DNA of 64,000 bases from Candidatus Moraniibacteriota bacterium (GCA_035325685.1 DAOKZJ010000001.1:160-64159), one strand, 5' to 3'. Counted from the stretch's first letter, positions 37,700 through 48,836 are shown. Notes: generated from the sequence alone by a model not told the origin. Program-made: numbers and translations.

Positions 37700-40324
37700 T
37701 TACTTCCCGCAGCACTTTTTGAATTTCTTGTCGCTGCCGCACGGACAAGGATCGTTGCGGCCTACTGTAGAAGTATTTTTTTGGGGAAGCGTGGCTCCTT
37801 TTTGCGGGGAGACCGCAAATTGCCCCACCTCCTCGTCCGCGCCGCTGTAGCGCAACCCTTCGGGCACCTTTGTTTCCTTGGCCGGCGTTTCCACGCTCAC
37901 TTGACTGATATGGAAAATGGTGCGCAGCACCGTGGTGCGGATGTTTTCTACCAGATGGGAAAAGAGGTTGAAAGCTTCCCGCTTGTACTCAATAAGCGGA
38001 TCGCGTTGACCATAACCTCTAAGCCCTATTCCTTGCCTCAAATAATCTATTTCATCCAAATGATTCATCCAGAGCGTATCTATCGTTTGCAGCAAAATGC
38101 TTTTTTCCACCGAGCGCATCAGTTCCGCTCCGAGCGCGCTTTCCTTGGCTATATAAGCTTCCTTGGCTGCCTGGATAACCTCCCCCGTAAGCGCGGTCGC
38201 TTTTTCGGAATCATTTTTGGATCTGTCTTCCCCGATCGCCTTAAGTTTGACTCTTATCTCCTCCGAAATTGCAAACACTGCCGCCGCATCCGCCGCAACA
38301 CCCTCCGTGTCCCAAAAAGTTCCCTCCCCCCCGGCAATACGTGCCGAAACCATCCGCTCTGCCGCTTCTTCCGTGTATTTAAGTATGTCCTGCTTCACCT
38401 CTTTCTTTTCCAGCGCTTCGCGACGCTTCCGGTATATCACTTCGCGCTGCTTATTCATCACGTCGTCATACTCCAGAACATGTTTGCGCATATCGAAGTT
38501 ATACCCTTCGATTTTGGTCTGGGCGCTTTCGATTGTTTTGGAAATGAGCGCGTTTTGAATCGGTTGATCTTCCGGAAGACCCAGTTTATCCATCATCCCC
38601 TTGAGTCGGTCTCCGCCGAAACGCCGCATCAACTCATCTTCCAGGGAAACATAGAACTGGCTCACCCCCGGATCTCCTTGGCGTCCGGCGCGACCGCGCA
38701 ACTGATTATCGATGCGCCGCGCTTCATGTCTTTCCGTACCGATAATAAAAAGCCCGCCTTTTTCACGCACACCCTCCCCTAATTTTATGTCCGTTCCGCG
38801 CCCCGCCATATTGGTGGCGATAGTCACCGCCCCCATTCTTCCAGCGTCAGCCACGATTGCTGCTTCCCTTTCGTGCTGCTTGGCGTTGAGCACTTCGTGC
38901 CTTACTCCTTCCTTTTTGAGCAATGCGCTCAAATATTCGGATTTCTCGATGGCGATAGTACCGACCAATACCGGCTGCCCTTTGGCATGCACCTCTTTTA
39001 TTCTTTCCACAATAGCGGCAAACTTCCCTTTTTCCGTTTTATAAACCACATCTCCCAAATCCTTGCGGACAAGTGATTTATTGGTGGGTATCTCCAAGAC
39101 ATCCAGTTTGTACACTTTGGAAAATTCTTCCGCACTGGTGGAAGCCGTTCCGGTCATGCCGGCAAGCTTTTCATACATGCGAAAATAATTTTGGAAAGTG
39201 ATTGTGGCCAAAGTGCGGGATTCTTTTTGCACCTCCACTCCTTCCTTGGCCTCGATCGCCTGATGCAAGCCGTCGCTGTAACGCCTGCCCGGCATAAGCC
39301 GCCCCGTAAAGTCATCCACGATAATCACCTCTCCATCTTTCACTACATAATCGCGATCCAGCTTATAAAGCGCGTGTGCACGGAGTGATTGCTCCAGATG
39401 ATGCACATAGTTGATCTTTCCGGGATCGTAAATATTGCCCATGCCTAAGGCATTTTCCACCTTGGCTATTCCGGATTCAGTAAGAACCGCCGCACGCATT
39501 TTTTCGTCCACTTCGTAATCAACCCCTTCCTTAAGGAGAGGCACGATTCCGGCAAAACGCTGGTAGAGTTTGGTCGACTCGCTGTCCGGCGCCGAAATAA
39601 TGAGCGGCGTGCGCGCTTCATCGATCAAGATGGAGTCCACTTCGTCCACGATTGCGAAATTAAGGGGGCGCTGCACCATCTGGGCAAGCGATTGCGCCAT
39701 GTTGTCGCGCAGATAATCAAATCCGAACTCATTATTGGTACCGTAAGTTATATCCGCTTCGTAAGCTTGCCTGCGTGAAACGGGAGTAAGATTTTCCATT
39801 TCCACCGTAACCTCGTCCGCATCCCGCACTTTGGGCTGAAAAAGATAGGAAGCATCATGCATTATGCAAGCCGTCGTAAGGCCCAAAAAATGATAAATTG
39901 ATCCCATCCAGTTGCAGTCACGCCTGGCCAGATAATCATTGACCGTCACCACATGTACTCCCTTGCCGCTCAAAGCATTCAGATAAATAGGCAACGTGGA
40001 GGTAAGGGTTTTTCCTTCCCCTGTTTTCATTTCCGCTATTTTGCCTTGGTGCAAAACAATTCCTCCGATCAACTGCACTTCGTAATGACGCTCGCCGATG
40101 ACCCGCTCCGCCGCCTCACGCACCACCGCAAAAGCTTCCGGCAAAATATCTTCCAGCGTTTCTCCTTTGGCCAGTCTTTGGCGAAACTCCCCTGTCTTGG
40201 CGGCAAGCTCTTCGTCCGAAAGACGTCTTGTCGCTTCTTCCAGCGAGTTTATTTTGCCCGCCAAGGGGCGCAATTTGGCTATCTCCCTTTCGTTTGAACC
40301 GAAAATATTGCTCAAAAATCCCAT
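37700..40324 (-). CDS. secA: Preprotein translocase ATPase SecA
   Basis: [47 protein letters not shown]. Confidence 0.99.
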   Translation of the reverse strand: MGFLSNIFGSNEREIAKLRPLAGKINSLEEATRRLSDEELAAKTGEFRQRLAKGETLEDILPEAFAVVREAAERVIGERHYEVQLIGGIVLHQGKIAEMKTGEGKTLTSTLPIYLNALSGKGVHVVTVNDYLARRDCNWMGSIYHFLGLTTACIMHDASYLFQPKVRDADEVTVEMENLTPVSRRQAYEADITYGTNNEFGFDYLRDNMAQSLAQMVQRPLNFAIVDEVDSILIDEARTPLIISAPDSESTKLYQRFAGIVPLLKEGVDYEVDEKMRAAVLTESGIAKVENALGMGNIYDPGKINYVHHLEQSLRAHALYKLDRDYVVKDGEVIIVDDFTGRLMPGRRYSDGLHQAIEAKEGVEVQKESRTLATITFQNYFRMYEKLAGMTGTASTSAEEFSKVYKLDVLEIPTNKSLVRKDLGDVVYKTEKGKFAAIVERIKEVHAKGQPVLVGTIAIEKSEYLSALLKKEGVRHEVLNAKQHEREAAIVADAGRMGAVTIATNMAGRGTDIKLGEGVREKGGLFIIGTERHEARRIDNQLRGRAGRQGDPGVSQFYVSLEDELMRRFGGDRLKGMMDKLGLPEDQPIQNALISKTIESAQTKIEGYNFDMRKHVLEYDDVMNKQREVIYRKRREALEKKEVKQDILKYTEEAAERMVSARIAGGEGTFWDTEGVAADAAAVFAISEEIRVKLKAIGEDRSKNDSEKATALTGEVIQAAKEAYIAKESALGAELMRSVEKSILLQTIDTLWMNHLDEIDYLRQGIGLRGYGQRDPLIEYKREAFNLFSHLVENIRTTVLRTIFHISQVSVETPAKETKVPEGLRYSGADEEVGQFAVSPQKGATLPQKNTSTVGRNDPCPCGSDKKFKKCCGK

Positions 40325-40545
40325 AAGTTCTCTTTTTTAACATATTTTTCCACTCGCTCGAATATACCATTCCCGCAAGACCGCGTCAAAACCCCAAGCG
40401 CTCCGCACCTCATATCTGGTGCTTGGCATCTTACATCCTCGAACTTGAAACTTAAAGCTCGCGACCAAACCCGCCAGCTCGCTAAAGCATTGACCGTTTA
40501 ATGTGCAACTTTTTTAACTTTTAACTTTTGCCTTTTACCTTTTCA

Positions 40546-40641
40546 CCCGCCTATTCCCACCCGCTCATCAGGATGCCCAAATCCTTGGTATTAACTATGC
40601 CGTCGCTGTTTTTGTCCGAAGCGGCGTTGGCAGTGAGCCAA
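40546..40641. repeat. 96-bp identical 3'-end block of the tandem surface proteins, copy 1
   Basis: Identical to 41887-41982. Confidence 0.95.
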
Positions 40642-41783
40642 GCAGCAATAAACTGAAGAAAGTCAAAGATGTCATAAGATGCCCCCTGGGAAGAACCGAA
40701 AGTTATCGGATAGCCGCTTGCATTGGCGGAGCCATTGGCGTCTACCACGTAAAGATAGGCAGAAGAGCCATCGGAAAAAGATCCTTGGTTGACACTTATC
40801 TCCAGTGCCGTATCCGCCCATTGGTTTTGGGGTAGTTGGATTTCACAATGACTACTTGCTGCTTTGGTCGAGCTTTCGCATATCTCCACCCTGGCCAAAG
40901 TGTTATCCACGTATATTTCTCCAAAATCTACCGTTGCCGCATCGGGGCTATAATCAAATTCCGGCATCCAGCCTAGGGCGCCTATGCCGTTGATGCTGGC
41001 AAGATTTCCCTCCGAAGCTCCTCCGCTCATACAATCGACTTTGCCCGAATAACAATCTAAAAATTCCTCGTTATTTACAGAAAGTCTTATTCTGGGATGA
41101 TAAGGTAAAGATCCGTTATCTAAAATCTTTTCCATCCTGTTCCAAGCGCCTCTGTTTATAAATGATTCGTGCCAGGCGCCAAACCTGTACCCTTGGGAAA
41201 AATCATAACCGGTAGTGTGCTCCGGCGACCAAATAATGGAAGCAATTTCCCATTGTCCTGTTGGCGTAAATCTTGTAAATTTATTTTGCGAATTATCCAG
41301 GGTACCATTTGCACTCACCCAATTCCACCAAGTAACATACATGCTCTTATTATTCGCTTCAGGAAAAACTTCTCCTCCCACGGCCGCCCATTCATGTGCC
41401 GCGTCAATATTTGAATTTGGATTGTTGCTGTATTTTGCAGTCCATTTTCCCCTGGGGTTTATGGTTTTATAATAGGGGGATTCTCCGGCATAACCTTCGT
41501 TCCAAGGATAACTTGCCCCGACAGGAATCCTATTTCCGTTTGACAAGCCAGCATACATGCCGTCTACCGGGTCCCACTTGAGAGGAGCTACCGGATTTTT
41601 TATTCCAAATCCATTCCCCGAAATTGTCACGCTCTGTCCATGCCGCAAGGCATTGCTCACGCTTGAAATGCTTGGCGCGGCAAAAGCAGTCTGCGCGGCA
41701 AAAAAAGACCCTACTGATATAGCCAAACATATTTTATTACGTAACTCGTTACGTAATAAGTTACGTAATTTCTTTTTCTTCAT
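40551..41783 (-). CDS. Secreted surface protein: Ig/IPT-like frame, variable aromatic-rich core, dockerin/EF-hand-like tail
   Basis: Signal peptide; APSISS...VTISGNGFG; ARVEI...VNQGSF...AYLYV; DKNSDGIVNTKDL. Confidence 0.85.
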   Translation of the reverse strand: MKKKKLRNLLRNELRNKICLAISVGSFFAAQTAFAAPSISSVSNALRHGQSVTISGNGFGIKNPVAPLKWDPVDGMYAGLSNGNRIPVGASYPWNEGYAGESPYYKTINPRGKWTAKYSNNPNSNIDAAHEWAAVGGEVFPEANNKSMYVTWWNWVSANGTLDNSQNKFTRFTPTGQWEIASIIWSPEHTTGYDFSQGYRFGAWHESFINRGAWNRMEKILDNGSLPYHPRIRLSVNNEEFLDCYSGKVDCMSGGASEGNLASINGIGALGWMPEFDYSPDAATVDFGEIYVDNTLARVEICESSTKAASSHCEIQLPQNQWADTALEISVNQGSFSDGSSAYLYVVDANGSANASGYPITFGSSQGASYDIFDFLQFIAAWLTANAASDKNSDGIVNTKDLGILMSGWE

Positions 41784-41886
41784 TTCTATATGCATGTCGT
41801 ATTGATTATTTCGTATTTCCTTTCTGCAACTCTCTACTTGTATCTTGTACTTTTCACCTTTTAACTTTTTAACTTTTAACTTTTCG

Positions 41887-41982
41887 CCCGCCTATTCCCA
41901 CCCGCTCATCAGGATGCCCAAATCCTTGGTATTAACTATGCCGTCGCTGTTTTTGTCCGAAGCGGCGTTGGCAGTGAGCCAA
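41887..41982. repeat. 96-bp identical 3'-end block, copy 2
   Basis: Identical to 40546-40641. Confidence 0.95.
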
Positions 41983-43142
41983 TTCACCACTAGTTGCAAA
42001 AAGTCAGAAACAGAATAAGTCTGCGGCTGCGCTTGGCTGCCAATGGTAATTGGATATCCCTGACTTACGGAATTGTTCTGATCCGTCACAAAAAGATAAG
42101 CTGTCGCACCGTTGCTGAAGCTGCCTTGATTGACCGTGAAAGATACCTGGGAACTGTTCCATGCGCTCGGTATCTGGATTTCGCGATGCGTACAGTCCGC
42201 ATAAACCGGCGCATTTCCTATCTCCACCCGCGCCCATGTCCGATCTATATACAAATCGTCTATGTACGCATCCGCGCCGGTATTGGCCGGCATGGAAATA
42301 GGATCACCCGGATCTTCATCAGTCGCCCAATAATGTCCGATGCGTATTTCCGTGGGCAGGACATTGCGCAAACGGAATACAACGGTATTGGAAAAGGGAG
42401 TTGAAGGACGCGAATTTACATAGCGATACATGACCCCGTCGCCCACGCCGGGAGTCGACGTCTTGTAAATGACTTGCTCATGCTTCCAGGTGCCATACAT
42501 GCGATCCTCGTCATTCCAAAGCTCCACGCCCGGTGGCTGCGTCGGATACGCATCATCCCAAATCGCAAAAAGCCCCCCATTTCCGGGCCTGAATATGCCC
42601 GGATTCATTTGCAAAGTTATGTCATTGGTCCACACCCGCCAGGGTTTGTAATTGCGCCCATTTGTCCCGCTGCTATCCAACGGCGTCAAGCGATACCAAT
42701 AATCCAAATACAGTAACGGATAGCCGTTATCGTAATCATTGACACAAAGCGAAACGTTTTCCGTGGCAGGACGAAAGGAATGCTTGCTGGAAATTGAATG
42801 ACCCGAAGATCCGCGTGAAACTTCGGAAGAATAGCGCGCCAGATCGGATCCCGTTCCGCCACTCCAGCCGGTAACCAACTGGCCGGAAGCTCCTTGTTCA
42901 AAATTATCCCAGCGATAAGGAGCGGCGCTGCTCTTTGTTCCGAAATTGCTTCCCGAAACGGTGATTGTCTGCCCTTGCTGGACAGTGCCTTGCAAAGAAG
43001 AGATGCTTGGCGCAGCATGAGCCACATTCATCCCCCAAAAGATTGCGCTCAGCGCACCCAAAAGCGTTCCGCCATATAACAAGCCGGGTAATTTATTTTT
43101 TCTCGCTCCTGTTGCCATAAAAATAGTTGTAGTAGGGGACAT
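41892..43142 (-). CDS. Paralogous secreted surface protein (same architecture; start uncertain, 43142 or 43118)
   Basis: APSISS...ITVSGSNFG; ARVEI...VNQGSF...AYLFV; same C-terminal 29 aa. Confidence 0.85.
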   Translation of the reverse strand: MSPTTTIFMATGARKNKLPGLLYGGTLLGALSAIFWGMNVAHAAPSISSLQGTVQQGQTITVSGSNFGTKSSAAPYRWDNFEQGASGQLVTGWSGGTGSDLARYSSEVSRGSSGHSISSKHSFRPATENVSLCVNDYDNGYPLLYLDYWYRLTPLDSSGTNGRNYKPWRVWTNDITLQMNPGIFRPGNGGLFAIWDDAYPTQPPGVELWNDEDRMYGTWKHEQVIYKTSTPGVGDGVMYRYVNSRPSTPFSNTVVFRLRNVLPTEIRIGHYWATDEDPGDPISMPANTGADAYIDDLYIDRTWARVEIGNAPVYADCTHREIQIPSAWNSSQVSFTVNQGSFSNGATAYLFVTDQNNSVSQGYPITIGSQAQPQTYSVSDFLQLVVNWLTANAASDKNSDGIVNTKDLGILMSGWE

Positions 43143-43256
43143 ATATCTTTTTATTTGCACCTTGCCCCTTATCTTTTCTATTATACCACCTCTCCTTGTT
43201 TGACCCAAAAAAAGAAAGGGGCTGCCCGCTCAGGCAGCCCCCCTCACCACACCTTT

Positions 43257-43625
43257 TTAGAAACGCGCATTCTCGTCAATGACGGTTTTCTTTTTTATGG
43301 ATCTTCCGCCTCTTTTTTGCAGCGTAAGCAACTTATCCTTAAGATGGGCTATTTGGTCTTGAATTTCATCCACCACCAGATCGGTTGAACCCTCGATGCT
43401 TTCCGTCGTATTTTCGGCACGGAACAAGTCGCGCGGCGTCCTGACCATTACTTCCACCCGGAACTTGCCTTTTTTATCCACGCCTATCTCCACTTCGGTT
43501 TGTAATATGTTTTCCGTCATCTTGCCTATGGATTCGAGCCTCTTGCTTACGTACTCCCGCGTTCGCTCATCCACTTCCACCCCCTTGAACAAAAATCTCA
43601 TGTTGCTCGTTGCTCCGTTTGGCAT
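43257..43625 (-). CDS. raiA: Ribosome hibernation factor (HPF/RaiA family)
   Basis: VEVDERTREYVSKRL...FRAE...SIEGSTDLVVDEIQDQI; terminator at 43207-43243. Confidence 0.88.
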   Translation of the reverse strand: MPNGATSNMRFLFKGVEVDERTREYVSKRLESIGKMTENILQTEVEIGVDKKGKFRVEVMVRTPRDLFRAENTTESIEGSTDLVVDEIQDQIAHLKDKLLTLQKRGGRSIKKKTVIDENARF

Positions 43626-43697
43626 ATGTTTGTCTTTAAGGAATTACCGGACCATTTTAACATAATACAACTTTGAAAGCCAAAAATTCTTTTTTTC

Positions 43698-44627
43698 TCA
43701 AAATCCCAAATAACTGACCTCTTCCTGCAGCTGTACGCCGAATTTGTCGCGCACCTGTTGTTTTACGAAACTGGAAAGCATAGCCACATCGCTGGCAGTC
43801 GCATCTTGAAAATTTATGATGTAATTGGCATGGTCCTTGCTCACCATCGCTCCGCCTATCCTTTTGCCCCCGAGGCCAGCCTTGTCCACAAACCACCCGG
43901 CTGGCAACCGCTCATCCTTGGGCTCCTTTCCTTGATCCAAAGAAAATTCCTGCCTGAGATTTTCATCTTCCACTATCGGGTTCATAAAAAAGGAACCGGC
44001 GCTGCGCATCCCGTGCAGTCCTCTTTCGGCTCTTTGCTTAACTATGCCAGCTGTCTTTTCCTGCACCTCTTTGGCCTCGCTTGCAGTCAAAACAAATTTC
44101 GCTCCCGTTATTATCTTACCCGCATCCCCTTTGAAAACGCTGCTGCGATAAGCGAACGCGCAGCTCTCTTTTGGAAGTTCTCTTATGGTTTTTTGCTGCA
44201 GATCATAAAAAGTCACGGCTTCAAGCTTATCGGCAGTTTGAGCACCAAACGCTCCGGCATTGCCCCTTACCGCCCCGCCCAGACTACCCGGAATGCCGGC
44301 AAGCCCCTCCATCCCGCCAAGACCGCTCTCGGCAGCCATATTGACTACTTTTATAAGCGGAGCTCCGGCATCTGCAAAAATGGTGTGGCCTTCTACGCTT
44401 ATCTTATTCATCTTCATGCGAACAACTAACCCCTTCACCCCGACGTCATTTACCAATACATTGCTGCATCCGCCCAAAACTACCAAGGGAACCCTCTTAT
44501 CTTCGGCCCAACGCACCGCTTCTTCCAAATCTTCCACATCCCAAATGGTGCAATAAAACTCAGCCCTGCCTCCTATCCTGAAGGAAGTCATCGGTCCCAA
44601 GGGAATATTTTCTTCTATTTTTAGCAT
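43698..44627 (-). CDS. murB: UDP-N-acetylmuramate dehydrogenase
   Basis: SFRIGG, GIPGSLGGAVRGNAGA, SAGSFFMNP, HANYIIN. Confidence 0.96.
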   Translation of the reverse strand: MLKIEENIPLGPMTSFRIGGRAEFYCTIWDVEDLEEAVRWAEDKRVPLVVLGGCSNVLVNDVGVKGLVVRMKMNKISVEGHTIFADAGAPLIKVVNMAAESGLGGMEGLAGIPGSLGGAVRGNAGAFGAQTADKLEAVTFYDLQQKTIRELPKESCAFAYRSSVFKGDAGKIITGAKFVLTASEAKEVQEKTAGIVKQRAERGLHGMRSAGSFFMNPIVEDENLRQEFSLDQGKEPKDERLPAGWFVDKAGLGGKRIGGAMVSKDHANYIINFQDATASDVAMLSSFVKQQVRDKFGVQLQEEVSYLGF

Positions 44628-44644
44628 ATTTTTATCGTTATTAT

Positions 44645-47380
44645 TTACGGAGAAAATTCTTTTCCGTTAGCTTTACGCGCCTCTTCGTAAAGGAAAACTG
44701 CTACCGTAACTCCCCCGGCAAACAGCCATTCCCTCGGTCCGATAGGATAAAGCCCCAAAAGGCCAGAAATCTGCGGCACGTAAATGAATGCTGCCAAAAT
44801 ACCAACCGAAGCACAGATGGCATATATGGCGGCACGGTTGGAAAAAAATCCGAGTTTAAAAACAGAAATTGTTTCGCTGCGCGCCGCCAAAAGATTGGCC
44901 ATCTGGCTAAGCGCCAAGACCGCGTAAGCTGCCGTGGTGGACTTAGCATAAAGTACGCTTGAGACATCTATTTCCTTTCCGAATTCCCAGCCTCCTGCAA
45001 GCATGGTAACCAAAAAAGCGGCTATTGCCCCGGTGGCCATAAGCAAGCCAACCCGCATCAACCGCCAAAATCCCGCGGCTGTGAGCACTTTAGCTGCCGG
45101 CACAAAAGGCCTTCGACGCATAATGCCGGGCTCAGGTTTTTCCGCACTCAGTGAAAAAGAAGGAAAAATATCCGTTCCCAAATCGATTGCCAATATTTGC
45201 ACCGCGGTTATCGGAGCCGGAAGCCCCAAAAGCACTCCCATAACGACTGTCAGAAATTCACTGGCATTGGAAGTGAACACATAATAAACAAATTTTCGAA
45301 GATTTTGGTAAATGGTGCGTCCCTCTCGCACCACCCGCACAATGGAAGCAAAATTATCATCCAAAAGAATCATGTCCGCGGCTTCCTTGGCCACGTCGCT
45401 GCCTATTTTGCCCATAGCGATCCCTATGCTTGCTTTTTTAAGCGCCGGCGCATCATTGACCCCGTCCCCCGTCATGGCGATAACCGCACCGCTTGTCGTA
45501 AGGATGCGAGCTATCCTTAGCTTCTGCTCAGGAGCGATCCGCGCAAAAACCACCTCTTTGCTGCACAGCACCCCCAAAAGCTCTTCGTCGGAAATGTTAT
45601 CCAGCTGCTTGCCGCTTATGATCTGGTAATTTCCCGGACTTATCATGCCCACCGCACGCGCAATCGCTTCAGCCGTTTTTTCATAATCGCCCGTTATCAT
45701 GATCACTTTTATCCCCCCGCTTCTGCATTCTTCTACCGCCTTGCCCACATCCGCGCGGGGCGAATCAATCATCCCCGCCACACCCAGCCATGTAAGGCCT
45801 TTTTCCGCCTCCTCTTCCCATTCCGCCTTCCCAACACAATTTAGCTCCCGCTCAGCCAGGGCTAACACGCGCAACGCTTGCGAAGAATAGCGATCGTAAT
45901 TTCTTTTTAGCCTTTCTTTATCCTCGGGCGTTATGATCCTCGGCTTATTTCCTGCAAAAATGTGCGTACATCTTTCTATAAGAACATCCGGCGAGCCTTT
46001 GACGTAAGAAAATGCCTTACCGGAAGAATCCTCTTTGAAAATCACGCTCATGCGCATTCTTTCCGAAGAAAACGGCACCATTCCCACTTTGGAAAAACCT
46101 TCCTGGAAATAATTTTCGCCTGGGGCGTATTTGCGCGAAGCCACAACCAGAGCTCCTTCCGTGGGATCGCCGGTTATTTGCCAAGATCCTTCTGCTTGCC
46201 CGAGAGTCGCTTCACTGCATAGCGCACTCACGCGCATGCATTTGCTTATTGCCAAAAAATTCTTAGGATCGATTTTTCTGCCGAATTGCCAAAAATCCCC
46301 TTTTATATCGTAACCTTCGCCGGTCAAAGAAAACTCTCCTTCGGCCGTACTTAAAACCGTCACCATGAGCTCGTTGCGCGTGATCGTTCCGGTTTTATCC
46401 GTGCAAATGACCGACACGGAAGAAAGGGTTTCCACCGCGTTCAATTTCTTGGCCAAGACATTGCTTTTGAGCAGACGCCGCATCCCCAAAGAAAGCGCGA
46501 CCGATACGGCCGCCGGCAAGCCTTCCGGAACAACCGAAACCGACAGAGCCAAGGCAAACAAAAAAGTTTCATACCAACCGATTCCTTGCGAAATGCCGGC
46601 CACCAAGACCAAGACAGCAATCAGCAGTGAAAGCACGGTGACGTCTTTTCCCAAAACGCGCATCTGTTTTTGCAGTGGCGTTTCTTCTTCTTCCACCTTG
46701 GCCACCATGTCCGCAATTTTGCCCAACTCCGTTCCCATGCCGGTAGCAGTCACCAACATCACGGCCTCTCCGCGCGTAAGAGAAGTCCCCATATGCAACA
46801 TATTGCCGCGTTCGGCCACTGCTTCCTCCTTTTCGCTTCCTTTTTTGCGCACCTCTTTGCGTTTTGGCTTGGATTCCCCCGTGAATACGAATTCATTGGC
46901 ATAAACTTCATATCCTTCTATAAGCAGACCGTCCGCAGGCACACTGTCGCCGGCGCTCAACATAACGATATCTCCCGCAACCAAAAGGCTGCTGTCTATT
47001 TCTCGCCGTACTCCGCTTCGCTTAACTACCGCCCTATCGGCCGAAAGTTTACGAATACTTTCGAGTGTCCGCTCAGCCTTGTATTCCTGAAAAAAACCGA
47101 TGAGCGCGTTAACCAGCACTATGCAAATAATGATACCGAAGTCCCTTTTTTCCCCAAAAATAAGAGCCAGCAGCGCTGCCACCAAAAGTATCCACACCAG
47201 CGCGCTGTTGAACTGTCCCCCGAATATCTTGGCAACAGAAAAACCTTTTTTGCTTTTGAGGATATTGCGTCCGTTTTTTTTGAGTCGCAAAGCGGCTTCA
47301 CCGTCCGAAAGACCTTCCGGAAAAGATTTCAGCTCGACAAAAGCTTCCTCGATGCCCAGCAAGTATTGTTTCTTTTCCAT
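44645..47380 (-). CDS. P-type cation-transporting ATPase (P2, Ca2+-like)
   Basis: TGES, VPEGLP, CTDKTGT, MITGD, TGDGVNDAPALK. Confidence 0.96.
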   Translation of the reverse strand: MEKKQYLLGIEEAFVELKSFPEGLSDGEAALRLKKNGRNILKSKKGFSVAKIFGGQFNSALVWILLVAALLALIFGEKRDFGIIICIVLVNALIGFFQEYKAERTLESIRKLSADRAVVKRSGVRREIDSSLLVAGDIVMLSAGDSVPADGLLIEGYEVYANEFVFTGESKPKRKEVRKKGSEKEEAVAERGNMLHMGTSLTRGEAVMLVTATGMGTELGKIADMVAKVEEEETPLQKQMRVLGKDVTVLSLLIAVLVLVAGISQGIGWYETFLFALALSVSVVPEGLPAAVSVALSLGMRRLLKSNVLAKKLNAVETLSSVSVICTDKTGTITRNELMVTVLSTAEGEFSLTGEGYDIKGDFWQFGRKIDPKNFLAISKCMRVSALCSEATLGQAEGSWQITGDPTEGALVVASRKYAPGENYFQEGFSKVGMVPFSSERMRMSVIFKEDSSGKAFSYVKGSPDVLIERCTHIFAGNKPRIITPEDKERLKRNYDRYSSQALRVLALAERELNCVGKAEWEEEAEKGLTWLGVAGMIDSPRADVGKAVEECRSGGIKVIMITGDYEKTAEAIARAVGMISPGNYQIISGKQLDNISDEELLGVLCSKEVVFARIAPEQKLRIARILTTSGAVIAMTGDGVNDAPALKKASIGIAMGKIGSDVAKEAADMILLDDNFASIVRVVREGRTIYQNLRKFVYYVFTSNASEFLTVVMGVLLGLPAPITAVQILAIDLGTDIFPSFSLSAEKPEPGIMRRRPFVPAAKVLTAAGFWRLMRVGLLMATGAIAAFLVTMLAGGWEFGKEIDVSSVLYAKSTTAAYAVLALSQMANLLAARSETISVFKLGFFSNRAAIYAICASVGILAAFIYVPQISGLLGLYPIGPREWLFAGGVTVAVFLYEEARKANGKEFSP

Positions 47381-47436
47381 TTTTTTGGTTTTTAGTTCGA
47401 AAGATTCCTTGTTGAAGAAAATAAAATCAGCCAAAG

Positions 47437-48831
47437 TTAATCTTTCAGCTTGTGAGAAATTTCCCACACATTTCCCGCCCCCATCGTGATAAGAACATCT
47501 CCTTCGCCCAAGATTTTCTCCAAAACCTCTACGGTCTCGAGCACCGTTGGAACATGTTCGGCCTTGTTGGGGATAAACCTGTTAATCAAGCGCACCAAAT
47601 CCTGCGAAGAAACCCCTCCTTGGGTTTCGCGCGCGCTACCGTAAATGTCCAACACATAAACCAAATCCGCATCGTCAAAACTCTGGGCAAATTCTTCCAA
47701 GAGAGCTTTGGTGCGCGTGAAAGTGTGCGGATGGAAAACCACCACGATACGCTTTTTCTCGAACATGGCGCGTGCGCCGGCTAACGTCGCTCTTATTTCT
47801 TCCGGATGATGGGCGAAATCATCAATCAAAATACTCCCCTTTCTTTTGCCCACATATTCAAAGCGCCGCGCCGTCCCCGCAAAAACGCTTATCGCCAATC
47901 GCACCTTTTCCATATCAAGTCCCATGTGGTGGCACACGGCAATCGCCGCGGCAGCATTGAGCACGTTGTGCTTTCCGGAAAGTTTCGTTTCAAAAAAACC
48001 CAAGCTATCCTCTTGGCAAACCACCTCAAAAACCTGCTTGGCTCCGACACCTTCCGCGGGATCTTTTTCCAATCTGTGCCCTTTGATGCTATAGCCGTTA
48101 TCCTCTCCGAAACCGTACGTAAGCACTTTGCAGGAAGCATCTTCGGCCACCTCCTGCGTATCCACGCTATCTCCCCACACCGCCAAAAATCCGGCTTTGG
48201 GGATGCGTGATACGAAGCGTTTAAAGGTTTCCTTGTATGAAGCAAAGTTCTTAAAAAAATCCGGATGATCCCAGTCCGCGCTGGTCAATACCGCGCCCCA
48301 AGGGGCATAAAAACGCAATTTATCTTGATATTCATCAGCTTCGATCAACATATATTCCCCTTTTCCGATGCGGGCATTTCCATTCCATTGCGGCACCGCG
48401 CTTCCCACGATAACCGTCGGATCTGCTCCTGCCATTTCCAAAGCTGTCCCCAGCAACGCCGTCGTCGTGGTTTTGCCGTGCGTTCCGCAAACCGCAAGAC
48501 CAACCTTGGTAGAAAGTATTTCACCCAAAGCTTCCGGATAGCTGAGCAGCCGCATGCCGCGTGCCTTGGCTGCACGCATTTCAGCATTGTTTTCTTCATT
48601 GTAAGCGGTCGAATAAATAACCGCATCCACATCTGGCGGAATATTTTCAGGCGCGAAATGCTCCACAAAAGGTATCCCCGCCGCACTCAATATCGCGTCC
48701 GTGGTAAATTTTTCTTCCGTATCGGATCCGGTTATCCTTATGCCCTGCGCCCCCAAAAACTGCGCCAAAGCTGTCGTCCCTTGTCCTTTGATTCCTATGA
48801 TGTGCACGTTCCTTGCGCTCTTTAAATCCAT
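47437..48831 (-). CDS. murC: UDP-N-acetylmuramate--L-alanine ligase
   Basis: HIIGIKGQG, GTHGKTTTT, IEADEY, DDFAHHPEE, TMGAG. Confidence 0.96.
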   Translation of the reverse strand: MDLKSARNVHIIGIKGQGTTALAQFLGAQGIRITGSDTEEKFTTDAILSAAGIPFVEHFAPENIPPDVDAVIYSTAYNEENNAEMRAAKARGMRLLSYPEALGEILSTKVGLAVCGTHGKTTTTALLGTALEMAGADPTVIVGSAVPQWNGNARIGKGEYMLIEADEYQDKLRFYAPWGAVLTSADWDHPDFFKNFASYKETFKRFVSRIPKAGFLAVWGDSVDTQEVAEDASCKVLTYGFGEDNGYSIKGHRLEKDPAEGVGAKQVFEVVCQEDSLGFFETKLSGKHNVLNAAAAIAVCHHMGLDMEKVRLAISVFAGTARRFEYVGKRKGSILIDDFAHHPEEIRATLAGARAMFEKKRIVVVFHPHTFTRTKALLEEFAQSFDDADLVYVLDIYGSARETQGGVSSQDLVRLINRFIPNKAEHVPTVLETVEVLEKILGEGDVLITMGAGNVWEISHKLKD

Positions 48832-48836
48832 ATTGG

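Noticed and set aside
37524-37748. 74-aa ORF across the secA duplication, or a SecA with two SEC-C motifs by read-through
   Set aside because: The ORF is out of frame with SEC-C, and in-frame stops block read-through into the second copy
40546-41982. DGR template/variable repeat pair
   Set aside because: The copies are identical, with no adenine-specific mismatches, and there is no reverse transcriptase in the window
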